From the IMG/VR virus record IMGVR_UViG_3300045131_002929, positions 32,001 to 96,000 of that record: a stretch of DNA of 64,000 bases. One strand, written 5' to 3'. The stretch is from a virus. Below the pieces are notes generated by a model. The model was given only the letters and a program-made list of their open reading frames with translations, had not been told where the DNA came from and made no database searches. Positions 38,141 to 48,516 of the stretch are shown piece by piece. The position numbers and the translations under genes were made by a program. The stretch's first letter is position 1. Each line of letters opens with the position of its first letter.

Positions 38141-40063
38141 ATGACTGACAGGAAGGACGTGCCGCCTCCGGCGATGACGAAACACTTCGCGGTGTTCAAG
38201 CGCGACGCCGCCTGGAAGGCGGCTTTCGACGAGATATCGTCGAACTACGTACTGCCGAGGATCGGCGGGTCCGGCCGTTTCACAGCGGGGGCCTCCTCGG
38301 CGATAGACCTGACCGCTGATCCGCGCGGCAGACTCACCCGCGTGTCCGTCCGCGCGCGGGTCCTCGTCGGCAGGGCCAGCTCGAAACGCGAGATAGCCTG
38401 CACTTCGATCGACGTCGTCTACGATAAGCGCAGCATACCCACGGCCTCGTTCAGGCCAGCCGTGGGCTTCCCGCTGGAGAGCCCGGACCGGTTGTCGAAC
38501 TCCGTGTTCAAATTCGAAGGCTACATGGAAGGGACGCCAGTCGAGATCCGGCTCTATTATAACCAGCCAGGCCTCGTGCGCAAGAAAGCGCCCGGCCCGC
38601 GGAAAGCCAACGAGTACCCGCTGTTCAAGGGCTACATCACATCCATATCAGGCGACAAGTCGACGGCCAGCTCGACGTCGTCGGGCATCGTAGTCCATTG
38701 CATCCACAAGGGATGGTGCCTGGCCTCGCTGCCGCCCGTGTCCCGGATCTTCGTGGCCGGGTGGGGCAACACCACCCTGGACACGCTGATGGCCAGCAAG
38801 ACTCCGCTGGCCAACGGCAGCGACGCGACGAAGCCGGGCGCGACGCCGCCTTCGCTGGACCTGCTCACGAAGGCCGACAATCTCTTCAGCGGGTTCAAAG
38901 ACTACCTGGCGGCCGTCGCCAAGAACGAGGAGCTGGCCAGCCCCGGCGTGCGCGGCTCCGGCGACAAAGCCGCGCTGAGCTTCCTCGAGAGCAACCTGAC
39001 GGTGTCCAAGAACGCCACTTTCGGAGCGGAGACGGACAAAGGCAGCAGCGCCACCATGCGCATGCGGATCGCCGGCGCCATGTCCGAGTCGCTCACCGCC
39101 AACTGGAAGACGCAGACCGCCTACGACCTGATCTCCGCCCATATGGGCTCCTTATACTCCTCCGTGGCGTGGACGGCGGACGGCATGCACCTAATGGCGG
39201 ACGTCTCCGCGCTGAAGGCCCATGAGCTGCTGCTGGACTCCTCCTACCTGTTCGGCGTCTCGAAGAGCCAGATGGTGAACCCGCGGAAAGTGGCCGGCGT
39301 GGCTTTGGTCACCCAGTACCTGTCGCAGGATAAGCATCTGGACTCGGGGGCCGCGTCCGGCTCCAAGGACGCCCAGAAGCTGGTGATGTACCCGCCGCAG
39401 ACGGACGAGCAGGCCAAGTACCACACCTTCGCGGAACACGCCGCCAAGGCCAGGGCCGACATCAAGGCGGCCTTCACGGACATGTTCGGCGGCGAGGACA
39501 AGGCCGGCGGCGCCGGCATGTACCTCGTCGTGCAGCCGCCGGCGTGGGCGTCCGGGATATTCAGCAGCGAGTCGCCGGACTGGTCCAGCGGCCTTGACAA
39601 CTTCGTACGGTCGACGGACAACGGCGACCTTTTCAAAACAGGCTCCACGTTCGACGCGCTTAAAACCAAGAACGACCTTGACAAGCAGCGGTCGTATTGG
39701 CAGAAGCTGCAGGACGCCATCGCCATGTGCGAGTTCGGCCACCGCGTGTGGCGCGGATCCACGATGCGCATATCCACGCCGTTCATACCGGACATAGCCC
39801 TGGGCCAGCGGGTGAAGATAAAATGCGAGGCGCGGAAGGACGGGGTCAAGAACGACCTGTCCGTGTTCGGCGGCAACGTGCTGCACGGAGCCGTCGAGAC
39901 GGTGACCATCCACGCGGAGCCCGGCGCCTTCTACATGGACATCGACCTGGACATGGTCCGGTCGGACAAGGACAACGAGCTTTACGGGTTCCCCACCCAC
40001 CCGCTGTTCAAAACGGTGACGGCGTCGTCCGAGACCAAACCCATCTTCCAAGAGCTGCCCTGA
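38141..40063 (+). CDS. Putative baseplate hub protein
   Basis: LFKGYI near the N-terminus; ...PDIALGQRVKI...GAVETVTIH at the C-terminus, as in gp27/gpD-like hubs; gene context. Confidence 0.5.
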   Translation: MTDRKDVPPPAMTKHFAVFKRDAAWKAAFDEISSNYVLPRIGGSGRFTAGASSAIDLTADPRGRLTRVSVRARVLVGRASSKREIACTSIDVVYDKRSIPTASFRPAVGFPLESPDRLSNSVFKFEGYMEGTPVEIRLYYNQPGLVRKKAPGPRKANEYPLFKGYITSISGDKSTASSTSSGIVVHCIHKGWCLASLPPVSRIFVAGWGNTTLDTLMASKTPLANGSDATKPGATPPSLDLLTKADNLFSGFKDYLAAVAKNEELASPGVRGSGDKAALSFLESNLTVSKNATFGAETDKGSSATMRMRIAGAMSESLTANWKTQTAYDLISAHMGSLYSSVAWTADGMHLMADVSALKAHELLLDSSYLFGVSKSQMVNPRKVAGVALVTQYLSQDKHLDSGAASGSKDAQKLVMYPPQTDEQAKYHTFAEHAAKARADIKAAFTDMFGGEDKAGGAGMYLVVQPPAWASGIFSSESPDWSSGLDNFVRSTDNGDLFKTGSTFDALKTKNDLDKQRSYWQKLQDAIAMCEFGHRVWRGSTMRISTPFIPDIALGQRVKIKCEARKDGVKNDLSVFGGNVLHGAVETVTIHAEPGAFYMDIDLDMVRSDKDNELYGFPTHPLFKTVTASSETKPIFQELP

Positions 40064-40105
40064 CGCTATATTCAGTTGTACTGGGTTTTCAACTTGGAGG
40101 ACAGC

Positions 40106-40864
40106 ATGGCCTATTTTCCACCTACACAGCAGCCGCGGCCGCAGGGCAAGACCCTGGCGCCCGACGAGTTCCACGCGTGGAAGGCGGACCCCACTAAAGA
40201 GCGGATGGCTTTGCTGCTGGCCAAGGTGGACCCGGTCATCGACAAGGCGGTGTCCAGCTACGGCGGGTCTTCGGGCCCATCGCTGAAAGTCCGCGCTAAG
40301 ATCATGGCCGCGCAGACCATCGCCAAGTTCGACCCGACCAAGGGGATGCACCTGAACTCCTATCTCATCCAGAATCTGCAGGCTTTGAACAGGGAACGCG
40401 CGGACCGGCAGAACGTCATACACATACCGGAAGCCTCGCTGCTGGCCAAACATAAGATATACGCGGCCGCCACCGAGCTGAAGTCGGAGCTTGGGCGCGA
40501 CCCGACCATTGACGAGCTGAGCGACCATACCGGACTCGACTCCAAGGCGCTGGCGGCCGCCAAGCGGTACGGCCGGACCACCTCCACCTCGGCCGGCGAA
40601 AGCGATAAGGGCGACCAGGGCGCCCATAGTCAGGGCGACTTCGCCCAGGTCTGGATGGACTACCTGTACCACGATCTGGAGCCGCGCGATAAGAAGATCA
40701 TGGAGTGGACCACGGGATACGGCGGGGCCGACATAAAGCGCAAGGGCGACATAGCGCGCGAGCTAGGCGTGTCCGCCGCGGCCGTGAGCCTGCGCATCAA
40801 CAAAATACTCAAACGGATGGAAGAGGGCCAGACATACGCGGCCAGGGAGGCGGTCACCGAATGA
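40106..40864 (+). CDS. Sigma-70 family RNA polymerase sigma factor (group 3, FliA/SigF-like architecture)
   Basis: ATG 40106 after GGAGG; region 2 KFDPTKGMHLNSY, region 3 ELGRDPTIDELS, region 4 HTH IARELGVSAAAVSLRINKIL. Confidence 0.85.
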   Translation: MAYFPPTQQPRPQGKTLAPDEFHAWKADPTKERMALLLAKVDPVIDKAVSSYGGSSGPSLKVRAKIMAAQTIAKFDPTKGMHLNSYLIQNLQALNRERADRQNVIHIPEASLLAKHKIYAAATELKSELGRDPTIDELSDHTGLDSKALAAAKRYGRTTSTSAGESDKGDQGAHSQGDFAQVWMDYLYHDLEPRDKKIMEWTTGYGGADIKRKGDIARELGVSAAAVSLRINKILKRMEEGQTYAAREAVTE

Positions 40865-41499
40865 GCGAGGATGCCAAATCGACAGGCTCCATACAGGATC
40901 TGCTCGGCTACCTGGAGTATCTGCTGGAGCGCTTCGACGCCAAAACCCGGTGGGCGCTGCCAGCCGGGTCGCAGTCGCTCGGCGACGACCCCGCAGGCCC
41001 GGCCAACTTCCTAGGGTCGCAGGGCAACCCCACCCGGCCTACCACCATACTCGACAAGCTGGACGCCGACTCCGCCCTACGGGTGAAAAGCGGTCTACGC
41101 TCCAAAGCCGAGGCGGCCGCGCTGGGCGGCAATTTCTGGGACGCCGGGCTGGATTCCGACACTAAAGCGTTCTGCGCCGACATAGCGGCGGAGCTGGCGG
41201 CCGAGACGGCCAAGATCGGCAGCCCGGTCAAGACCGGATCCGACGGCGGGTCGGCGGCCGACCAGCCTGACTACGCCAAGATCATATGCGACGGCGACGC
41301 CATGGTGCTCGCCAGGAACGCGCAGTCGGCATATCTGGAGAGCTCCATGGACGGATTCGAACGGCGGCTGCGGGCGCTGTCCTACGAGCGCGGGCTCGGC
41401 CGGCCGGACGGCCTTATGGCCAACCTGGCCTCGGTAGGTCAGGTCGCGGGTTTCCACCTTGGCGTGAAACCACCCAACGAGGATGGAGGGGCCGTCTGA
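40861..41499 (+). CDS. Hypothetical protein
   Basis: ATGA overlap with the sigma stop; GGAGG upstream. Confidence 0.65.
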   Translation: MSEDAKSTGSIQDLLGYLEYLLERFDAKTRWALPAGSQSLGDDPAGPANFLGSQGNPTRPTTILDKLDADSALRVKSGLRSKAEAAALGGNFWDAGLDSDTKAFCADIAAELAAETAKIGSPVKTGSDGGSAADQPDYAKIICDGDAMVLARNAQSAYLESSMDGFERRLRALSYERGLGRPDGLMANLASVGQVAGFHLGVKPPNEDGGAV

Positions 41500-41891
41500 T
41501 GGCTCGGCTGGACATCAACGTGATATCGAGCTCGGCGGACGCGGCGCTGGCCTTGGACGGCGGATCCGTGGGCGGCAAGGCCAAGCTAGCCCAGCGGACG
41601 CTTCTGCTGATGCTGAAAGACCGCGGAACGGCGACCGAGCCTGACATGGACGGCACCGGCCTGCTGGAGACCAGGGCCTGCACGCTCATCAAAGAAGTTC
41701 TGGACAACACCCTGGCCCGCGCGGCCGAGACCGCTTCGGCGCGCATGCTGGCCTACCCGCCGCCAGACTCGGACGGGGAGGACGCGCTCGGGACGCTGAC
41801 CGCTTACTCGGAGGCCGCGGGCGCGGACTCCGCGACGATACGCATAGCCATACAGAACGAGGCCGGCGCCACTGACACATTAACACTGTGA
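41499..41891 (+). CDS. Putative gp25/W-like baseplate wedge protein
   Basis: TGATG overlap; GKAKLAQRTLLLML..RG; precedes the J-like gene. Confidence 0.5.
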   Translation: MARLDINVISSSADAALALDGGSVGGKAKLAQRTLLLMLKDRGTATEPDMDGTGLLETRACTLIKEVLDNTLARAAETASARMLAYPPPDSDGEDALGTLTAYSEAAGADSATIRIAIQNEAGATDTLTL

Positions 41892-41900
41892 GGATTTGAG

Positions 41901-43466
41901 ATGGATCTTACTACGGTCAGCCTACAGGCCCGGGCGGAGGCGGAGGCTCTCATCCGCGACTCGCTGATGTCGCTTTTTCCGACCATCGACGTGTCGCCTG
42001 GCACCGCGCTGCACGAGCTGCTGGCCATCCCGGCCGGCGCCGTCAAGGCTTACATAGACGCGCAGGCGGCGGCGTTGCGGACCAGCCTGGACCTGGCCAC
42101 GAGCGACGATCCGGCCGTGGTCGCGGCCCTGCTTGAGAATTTCAAGCTGGCGCCGAACCAGGGCTCCGAGGGCCAGGGTCTGGTGAAGCTGATCTTCGAC
42201 GCGTCGTCGCAGGCCGTCGTGCAGGCCGGCACCGCGCTTAAGACCGGCGGCACGACTTTAAGAATCCCGCGGACATACGCCGGCGTAGTCGGCATGGCCT
42301 CGATCGCGGCCGCGGAGTCCGGCTTGTACAGGGAGCTGGAGCGCGAAGGCGACTACTGGGTCATGTACGTGCCCGCCGTGACGACCGGCGGCCAGAACGA
42401 TCCGATCCTGCCCGGCCAGTACCTGCAGACGCTGCATCCCATCGCCACGCTGGTGCGCGCGGAGTCCGCTTCGACTTTCATAGGCGGCCGAACCGCCGAC
42501 ACCCTGGACACGCTGCGTTCGAAGTGGGCCGAGTCCAGGACGATGCCGGCATGCTGCTCGGCCAACCATATCCGCAAACTGCTCGCCATGTCCTCGGTTC
42601 CCGCGCTGGACGTGAAGGTGGCCGGGGCGGGCAGCCTGGAGTCGTGGCGCGCCACCTCGGTGTTCGGCGTGGCGCCCGGCGGCGTGGTCGACGTCTACTC
42701 CAAGACGGCGCTGTTCCCATGCGTGGACTACGTGCAGGTCAAGGCGACGCTGGTCGACGCCGCGTCCAGAACGTGGTCCGCCGTCGTGACGCGGGATCTG
42801 ATGCCCGGCTTCTACAGGATAGAGAGCATAAACTACGGGAGCCGCAGCGCGTCGCGCGACGCCATCGTCTCCGAGACGTGGTCGGCCGACGTCTCGAACT
42901 ACCCATGCGTGAAATGCGGGTCGAACCCGGATCATTTCAGATTCAGCGCTTTCCAGCAGTGCGTGCTGGTCTTCGTCTTCGCGGCCGCGACGCCCGGCGC
43001 GGACGGATCGGCCGCCTTCTTCCTCGAACTCACCGGCATGCCCGGCATAAAGACCCACCAGGCGGCCTTGGACGATCCCGACGCCGGCGTGCCCGGACTG
43101 GATGTCCTGGTCCGCGCCCCTGTTCCGGTGTTCGTATCGCTGGGCGTCCGGCTACATCTAAACCCCGGCGCGCCCGCCCCCGACGTGGAGGCGCTTATGG
43201 TGAGGGCCTCGGCCGCCGTGAACGCGGCGCCCATGGGCCGCGGATGGCTGTCCGGCGGCTGCGTGGCCGCGGCGCTGGCCTCGCCCGACTACGAAGTCGT
43301 GTCGCCGGTGATGCTGGAGGCGACGCTGTTAGGCCAGGACGGGCGCGAGCTCCGGTTCAGGAGCTCGGACACGCTCAGAATCCCGCAAGACGCGGCGGCG
43401 GGGGCCACCCTATCCACCTTATGCTTCATGTGCAGGCCTTCCTCCGTCTCCATAACCGTGAAATAG
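41901..43466 (+). CDS. Baseplate J/gp6-like wedge protein
   Basis: DVSPGTALHELL, AGT, FIGG..ADT..LR, GGVVDVY motifs. Confidence 0.75.
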   Translation: MDLTTVSLQARAEAEALIRDSLMSLFPTIDVSPGTALHELLAIPAGAVKAYIDAQAAALRTSLDLATSDDPAVVAALLENFKLAPNQGSEGQGLVKLIFDASSQAVVQAGTALKTGGTTLRIPRTYAGVVGMASIAAAESGLYRELEREGDYWVMYVPAVTTGGQNDPILPGQYLQTLHPIATLVRAESASTFIGGRTADTLDTLRSKWAESRTMPACCSANHIRKLLAMSSVPALDVKVAGAGSLESWRATSVFGVAPGGVVDVYSKTALFPCVDYVQVKATLVDAASRTWSAVVTRDLMPGFYRIESINYGSRSASRDAIVSETWSADVSNYPCVKCGSNPDHFRFSAFQQCVLVFVFAAATPGADGSAAFFLELTGMPGIKTHQAALDDPDAGVPGLDVLVRAPVPVFVSLGVRLHLNPGAPAPDVEALMVRASAAVNAAPMGRGWLSGGCVAAALASPDYEVVSPVMLEATLLGQDGRELRFRSSDTLRIPQDAAAGATLSTLCFMCRPSSVSITVK

Positions 43467-43473
43467 GTGCCAG

Positions 43474-44985
43474 ATGATAAAGGCGATATCCAGTAAATTC
43501 TGGACCGAGGTCTGCGGCGACTGGCCTGCTCGATTTTTCACTATGTTGGATTCTGTGCTGGCCGCGCAGCCTGACGACGAGGCGGCGGCCGCCAAAGCCT
43601 CGCTAGGGCCCAAGAGCTTCAAGCCTTTCAAGTCAGAGCGCTTCAAGCCTCTTTTCTTCGGCCCCTACGACGTCAAGCCGCCCAAGGCGATCCTGGACGG
43701 ATCCGCCGCCCTGGACGGGTCCGAACCGCTGAGCGGCAGACGCGCGGCCGGCTACTCGCTGCCTGCGCCCGCCGGGCTGATAGGCGCCGACTACATATCG
43801 ACGGCGCCCGACGGCTCCGGGCGCATGCTGGAGGCGGCTAGGGACTTCATAGTCGACGCCGAGGCGCGGGAGATCGTATTCAGGCAGGATCCGCTCGGAC
43901 TGCCTGTCCGCTGGGACTCGTCGGCGGGCGGTCGCGAAGGCCGGCTCTGGCTGATCGGCGCTAGACTGGACGACGGAACCGCGGCCCGGACCTCGCGGAT
44001 GTTCGCAGGCATATCCGTGCCTTGCGGCGCGCGCACGGCCGACATAACAGGCGCGCTGTGCGACTGCCTGGTCAACGGGACGGCCAAGGCCTCGCTGGCC
44101 CTGGCCCTGGGCTACATCCTCGACGCCGAGACGTCGAAAGTCGCCGGCGTCGTCGAAAGGGTTTTCAAAGACGCGGGCAGGACGTGGGTTCTCGCCGAAG
44201 GGCTGCTGCACTCGGCCCCTGGCTCATGCTCGGCGGTCGTGGCCGCCGGCTCGAAGGTGCGGCGCGGCGATCTTCTGTTCGACGCCTTCACGCTGCTGGG
44301 CGAGGGCAGCGAGCTGGACCCTGTCAAGGTGCCGGCCCTGTTCATAGGTCCGGAGCTGACCGGCGGCAGGCTGGTCGACGGCGTCATGGTGGACAACGCC
44401 GAGATGGCGGCGCCGGCCTCGCGGTGGCTGCTGGCCAGCAAAAGGGGTGGAAAAGGTCTTGTGGAGGATGTCACGGAGTCGGATTACAGCTATCTTATCG
44501 ACAGGCTGGACGGCGGCGACGCCTACCTGCTGGTGGACGACGGGCTCGACGAATACAAACTGACGGTGGGGAGCAGCGGACCGCCCTGCCAGGGGCCGCC
44601 TAGGGACGTGGCCGCCTTCAAAGCTTACGTGAACGAGGCCGAGGCCCGCGGCGTCAGCTTTCCGGCGGCGGTCGCGGCTGGCCGCAACGAGAAGCTGAGG
44701 ATGAACCCGGCCGCCGAGATATGGAACGGGGCGCTGGCCAGGTCGTGCGCGCTGCTCATGGTCGACCCTGGCTTGGACCGAGGCGCGTGGCGGCTGCTGA
44801 CATGGCTGGCGGGGCTGATGCCCGCGTGGACATTCCTGCGCGTGTGCTCGGAGCAGCCCTGCTGCGACACGTACGCGTGCGCGGACTCCGTAAGCGAGTC
44901 CGTGGAAGTGTTCGACTGCGTGGACGTCGAGGACGGATCCTGCTCCATAAATGAAAACATAAACACAACGAGGTTCGCGTTATGA
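43474..44985 (+). CDS. Putative baseplate wedge protein (I/gp7-like position)
   Basis: Follows J-like gene; MPAWT resembles the wedge PAH motif. Confidence 0.45.
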   Translation: MIKAISSKFWTEVCGDWPARFFTMLDSVLAAQPDDEAAAAKASLGPKSFKPFKSERFKPLFFGPYDVKPPKAILDGSAALDGSEPLSGRRAAGYSLPAPAGLIGADYISTAPDGSGRMLEAARDFIVDAEAREIVFRQDPLGLPVRWDSSAGGREGRLWLIGARLDDGTAARTSRMFAGISVPCGARTADITGALCDCLVNGTAKASLALALGYILDAETSKVAGVVERVFKDAGRTWVLAEGLLHSAPGSCSAVVAAGSKVRRGDLLFDAFTLLGEGSELDPVKVPALFIGPELTGGRLVDGVMVDNAEMAAPASRWLLASKRGGKGLVEDVTESDYSYLIDRLDGGDAYLLVDDGLDEYKLTVGSSGPPCQGPPRDVAAFKAYVNEAEARGVSFPAAVAAGRNEKLRMNPAAEIWNGALARSCALLMVDPGLDRGAWRLLTWLAGLMPAWTFLRVCSEQPCCDTYACADSVSESVEVFDCVDVEDGSCSINENINTTRFAL

Positions 44986-45521
44986 CCGAGACACTGCACA
45001 AGACCAGCGGTTGGATAGATATTTTCGAAGTCAGGGGCGGCGTGTGGCTGCCGCTTGGCGGCCAGCACAACATGATAACCAGGCAGGGCGGCGACGTCAT
45101 GGCCGCGGCCTTGGCCGGCCTGCGTAAAATAAACTGCGTGTACTTCGCGTACAGCAACCAGCCCGGCGCGCTGGAGATAGGCGCCTCCGAGCACAACACG
45201 GCCGCCACTTACAGGGCCGCCGTAGCCGGCCGCGGGGTGGCCAGGTCGCTGGCGCTGAGCTCGCCCTGCTTCGCTTCGTCCGGCGACGGCTTCGCCGCGA
45301 ACAGGATGACAGTCACGGCCGTGACCTCGGGATCCAAGCTCTCGGGCGAGGACATGGCGGACGGCGTGTCCGCCATATACCACGCGGCGCTCGTCTCGGT
45401 GGCCGACGAAGGCGACGCGCAGACGGACATGGTGTTCAGCTGCGCGAACCTGGACGTGGAGCGCGTGAAATCAGCGGGTGCGCAGATAGGCGTGCGCTGG
45501 ACCTTGAACTGCTTAAACTAA
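44982..45521 (+). CDS. Putative baseplate/tail-fibre attachment protein
   Basis: HNMITRQG N-terminal and K....IGVRWTL C-terminal pattern. Confidence 0.5.
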   Translation: MTETLHKTSGWIDIFEVRGGVWLPLGGQHNMITRQGGDVMAAALAGLRKINCVYFAYSNQPGALEIGASEHNTAATYRAAVAGRGVARSLALSSPCFASSGDGFAANRMTVTAVTSGSKLSGEDMADGVSAIYHAALVSVADEGDAQTDMVFSCANLDVERVKSAGAQIGVRWTLNCLN

Positions 45522-45532
45522 GAGGCTGACCC

Positions 45533-47122
45533 ATGAACACCTACTGGCCGGCCGCAGTGCCCGCCCTGACCAGAACCAGCACCAACGACTACAAAGAGCT
45601 GAATAGGCCGCTGGCCGAGCTGGCCGCGCGGACCGACTTCCTCAAAGCGCGGATGGACGAGCTGGCCGCCGGCGAATGCCTATCCACGCCCGGCGTCCGC
45701 CTGGCCGCCGAGGCCAAGGAGGGCTACGCCATGGCCTACAGCGGCCAGCGCGGTCTTTTCGCCCCGGCCAGGGCGGCGTGGTCCGCTGAATCGTCCGCGT
45801 CCGGCGCGCCGCTGCCTGGCGACGTCTCGGTGCCGGCCGGCATTCTTATCCGCAAACACACCGACACCTCCGGCGATCTGGTCACGGCCGGGTCGATGCC
45901 CGCCTTCCCGCATCTCTACAACCTTTTCGGATCCGCCTCGCCGGCGCCTGGCCTTTACTATCTGTCGGCGACCGAGCCTGGCCGGCTGACCCTGGACCCG
46001 CCCGCCAATCCAGTGTTGGTGGCGCTGCTTACCGGCGACGGTCTGCTGACGCTGCTTACCGGCGATCCGCGCGGATCCGCCCACGAGCATGTCAGCCTGC
46101 AGCTGGCCGGCGGCGGCTGGCTGGCCGCCGTGCCCGCGAACTTCCCCGCGGCGGCGATCCCGGCGGGCGCCGCCTTTGGCTATGACGCCTACGCGGACGG
46201 CTCCGTGGCGGAGATGACGGCGCTGTACCAGGGCAAGGCTTTCCTGACCAGGAACGACACGGGGGCCAACGTGCCGGCCGACCTTTTCACGCTGGACTCC
46301 GAAGGCATGTGGTGGCTCGCGCCTACGCCGCCCGGCGACATGACGGTCTGGCTGACCCGGCCTGCCGCCGCGGCCGCCGGGGCCGTGCGCGCCATAGTGT
46401 CCACCACGCCCGGCGATCTATCCGTATCCGTGGCGAACGGGGTGGCCTTGATCGGACTGGCCGAAGGCGAGGCCGCGTATGGAGTGCCCGGCTCGACTGT
46501 GGTCAAGGGCATCGACGGCCGCTCCGTCCGGTTCGGGGATGTGGTGGAGTCCATAATCGGCGAGGGCGGCATAAGCGTGGCCGCCACGGTGGCCGGCGGC
46601 AAGGGCACTGTGACCATATCCGGTCTGGAATGGGCCGAGCGCCTGATAGACGCCGTGCCGCCGATACCAGCCCTCGGCCACTGCTTCCAAGCCGGCTCGC
46701 CTTCCACGGCGAGCTTCACCGCCTACACGCCGAAATGGAGCGCGGGCTTCAAAAAACTAAAATTCTGGATGTGGGTGCGCGGCGCGCCGCTCGGCCGGTT
46801 CCCCGTGGAGGGGGCCCGCGTGGCCTACTCCATATTCTACCCGCCGGGCCATCTCGGGTCGGACATGCCGCCGGGCGAATACAAAAACGGCGCGTGGAAT
46901 CCGAGGCAGGCCCTGCCTAACGGGTCTTACGAATCGCTCGAGAACTTCGTGGACATACCGGGCTTCAGTCCGTGCCTGAACGAAAAGATGTACATCATGG
47001 AGGCCCCGCAGGCTCGGTGGGTGGACGTCGGACCTGAGTGCCTCGTGAATTTCTCCATCACGTTCGGCGGTGTGAGGCCCGTGTTCCTGCACAGGGTCGG
47101 CATATCCGTCATGAGCGCGTAG
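45533..47122 (+). CDS. Putative tail fibre/baseplate protein
   Basis: NRPLAELAARTDFLK coiled-coil start; PGLYYLSATEPGRLT motif. Confidence 0.55.
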   Translation: MNTYWPAAVPALTRTSTNDYKELNRPLAELAARTDFLKARMDELAAGECLSTPGVRLAAEAKEGYAMAYSGQRGLFAPARAAWSAESSASGAPLPGDVSVPAGILIRKHTDTSGDLVTAGSMPAFPHLYNLFGSASPAPGLYYLSATEPGRLTLDPPANPVLVALLTGDGLLTLLTGDPRGSAHEHVSLQLAGGGWLAAVPANFPAAAIPAGAAFGYDAYADGSVAEMTALYQGKAFLTRNDTGANVPADLFTLDSEGMWWLAPTPPGDMTVWLTRPAAAAAGAVRAIVSTTPGDLSVSVANGVALIGLAEGEAAYGVPGSTVVKGIDGRSVRFGDVVESIIGEGGISVAATVAGGKGTVTISGLEWAERLIDAVPPIPALGHCFQAGSPSTASFTAYTPKWSAGFKKLKFWMWVRGAPLGRFPVEGARVAYSIFYPPGHLGSDMPPGEYKNGAWNPRQALPNGSYESLENFVDIPGFSPCLNEKMYIMEAPQARWVDVGPECLVNFSITFGGVRPVFLHRVGISVMSA

Positions 47123-47130
47123 GCGGCGGC

Positions 47131-47412
47131 ATGGACGCTGACACCCCACTGAACCACCTGAGCTACGGGCACATGCCTAAAACCTTCAGCGGAAACATGT
47201 CGGGCATGATGCCGTGCCGCGTGACCGGCAAGTCCGGCCCTATGCACATGGTCGACGTGTACCGCGACGGAATAGCCGCTGGGCCTACGGGCATGAGCCA
47301 GCCCATGCTGGTCATGGGTATGAATCTAGCCGATACGCTGCCTACCGGCACCTGGCTGCTGGCTTCGCCGCAAGAGCTGGCCGTCACCGGATTCACGGAG
47401 ATCGACGGCTGA
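47131..47412 (+). CDS. Hypothetical protein
   Basis: ATG 47131; fills the gap in the operon. Confidence 0.55.
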   Translation: MDADTPLNHLSYGHMPKTFSGNMSGMMPCRVTGKSGPMHMVDVYRDGIAAGPTGMSQPMLVMGMNLADTLPTGTWLLASPQELAVTGFTEIDG

Positions 47413-47445
47413 CGGCACAGTCGAATTAAAACGGACAGGTCGCGA

Positions 47446-48516
47446 ATGGCTGAACCTCTCATCGAGCCTATGAGTCAAGGGATCCTGGATCTGACCGGGC
47501 TCCAGAGCTCGCTGCCCTACAACTGCCTCGGGGTGGTCCGCATGATACGGCCCGCGATGGCCGGGGTGCAGGGCCTGTGGCTTTGGACCTGCGCCTTGGG
47601 GGACTGGGCCGGCCACTATTACATATCCGCCTCGCTGGATCTGAAGGTCAGGGTGTCGGGCGGCGTGACCGGATCGGCCACTCTGCTGAACGCCGCGCCT
47701 TTGGCCCGCGTCGGGGATTTCTGGCTCACCCGCGGATCGGTGGTGGTGGCCGGCGGCGTAAGCTGCGCCGCGATGGACTGCATGGACCACTACACATACT
47801 CGTATGAAGGCGGCAGCGTGGTGGCCGGCTACTGCATGGTGCCAAACCTCGACACCGCGACTGTGGCGGAAAGCGTTCGATACGTGGACGCCATGAATCT
47901 GCGCTGCGTGGCCTGCGCTGAAGGCGGCCCACCCTACGACCTGGACCGATACGTGCGCAAGCTGGCCCCGGCCTACGTGAAGGATATGATCGCGATCACG
48001 GACGACATGCCGGCAGACCAGCGCGCCGAAGCCGAGGCCGCGAACGCCTCCATGGCGGGCGGCTACTCCGGCCGCGGCACTGCCTACGGCCTGAAGGCCC
48101 AGGTGGAATGCCTGCCGGTCATGGGTTGGCGCAAGGTCGCGGACGGCAAGATCTACGGCACATACATGTCGAACGAGGGCATGGCTCCGCGCGTGCTGCG
48201 CAGATTCAAACAGGATCCTGACTGGAGCTCCAGCTCCAACTCCAGCTCGAGCCGCTCGTCGAACAGCAGCTCGTCGAAATCCTCGCAGAGCTGGTCGTCG
48301 CTATCCTCCGCCCATGACCTCGACGCCGACCCATCCTCGCAGTCCAGCCCCTCGTCCGAATCTTCGTCCAGCCCCTCGTCCGAATCCTCGTCGTCGAGCT
48401 TCTCCTCGGACTCGTCCGTGTCCGATTCGGACAGCTCGTCATCCATGTATGGGGAGTTCGTCATAGTCAAAACCGACATGCTCACATCCTTCCGCGGAGG
48501 TCTGCGATGCGGGTAG
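47446..48516 (+). CDS. Hypothetical protein with C-terminal poly-Ser tract
   Basis: ~70-aa Ser-rich tract, including a 21-bp direct repeat with 24-bp period at 48342-48386. Confidence 0.7.
   Translation: MAEPLIEPMSQGILDLTGLQSSLPYNCLGVVRMIRPAMAGVQGLWLWTCALGDWAGHYYISASLDLKVRVSGGVTGSATLLNAAPLARVGDFWLTRGSVVVAGGVSCAAMDCMDHYTYSYEGGSVVAGYCMVPNLDTATVAESVRYVDAMNLRCVACAEGGPPYDLDRYVRKLAPAYVKDMIAITDDMPADQRAEAEAANASMAGGYSGRGTAYGLKAQVECLPVMGWRKVADGKIYGTYMSNEGMAPRVLRRFKQDPDWSSSSNSSSSRSSNSSSSKSSQSWSSLSSAHDLDADPSSQSSPSSESSSSPSSESSSSSFSSDSSVSDSDSSSSMYGEFVIVKTDMLTSFRGGLRCG

Noticed and set aside
22047-47122. Bacterial eCIS/tailocin/T6SS locus
   Set aside because: Terminase, neck-type genes, the G/GT frameshift and the lack of host genes indicate a complete phage.
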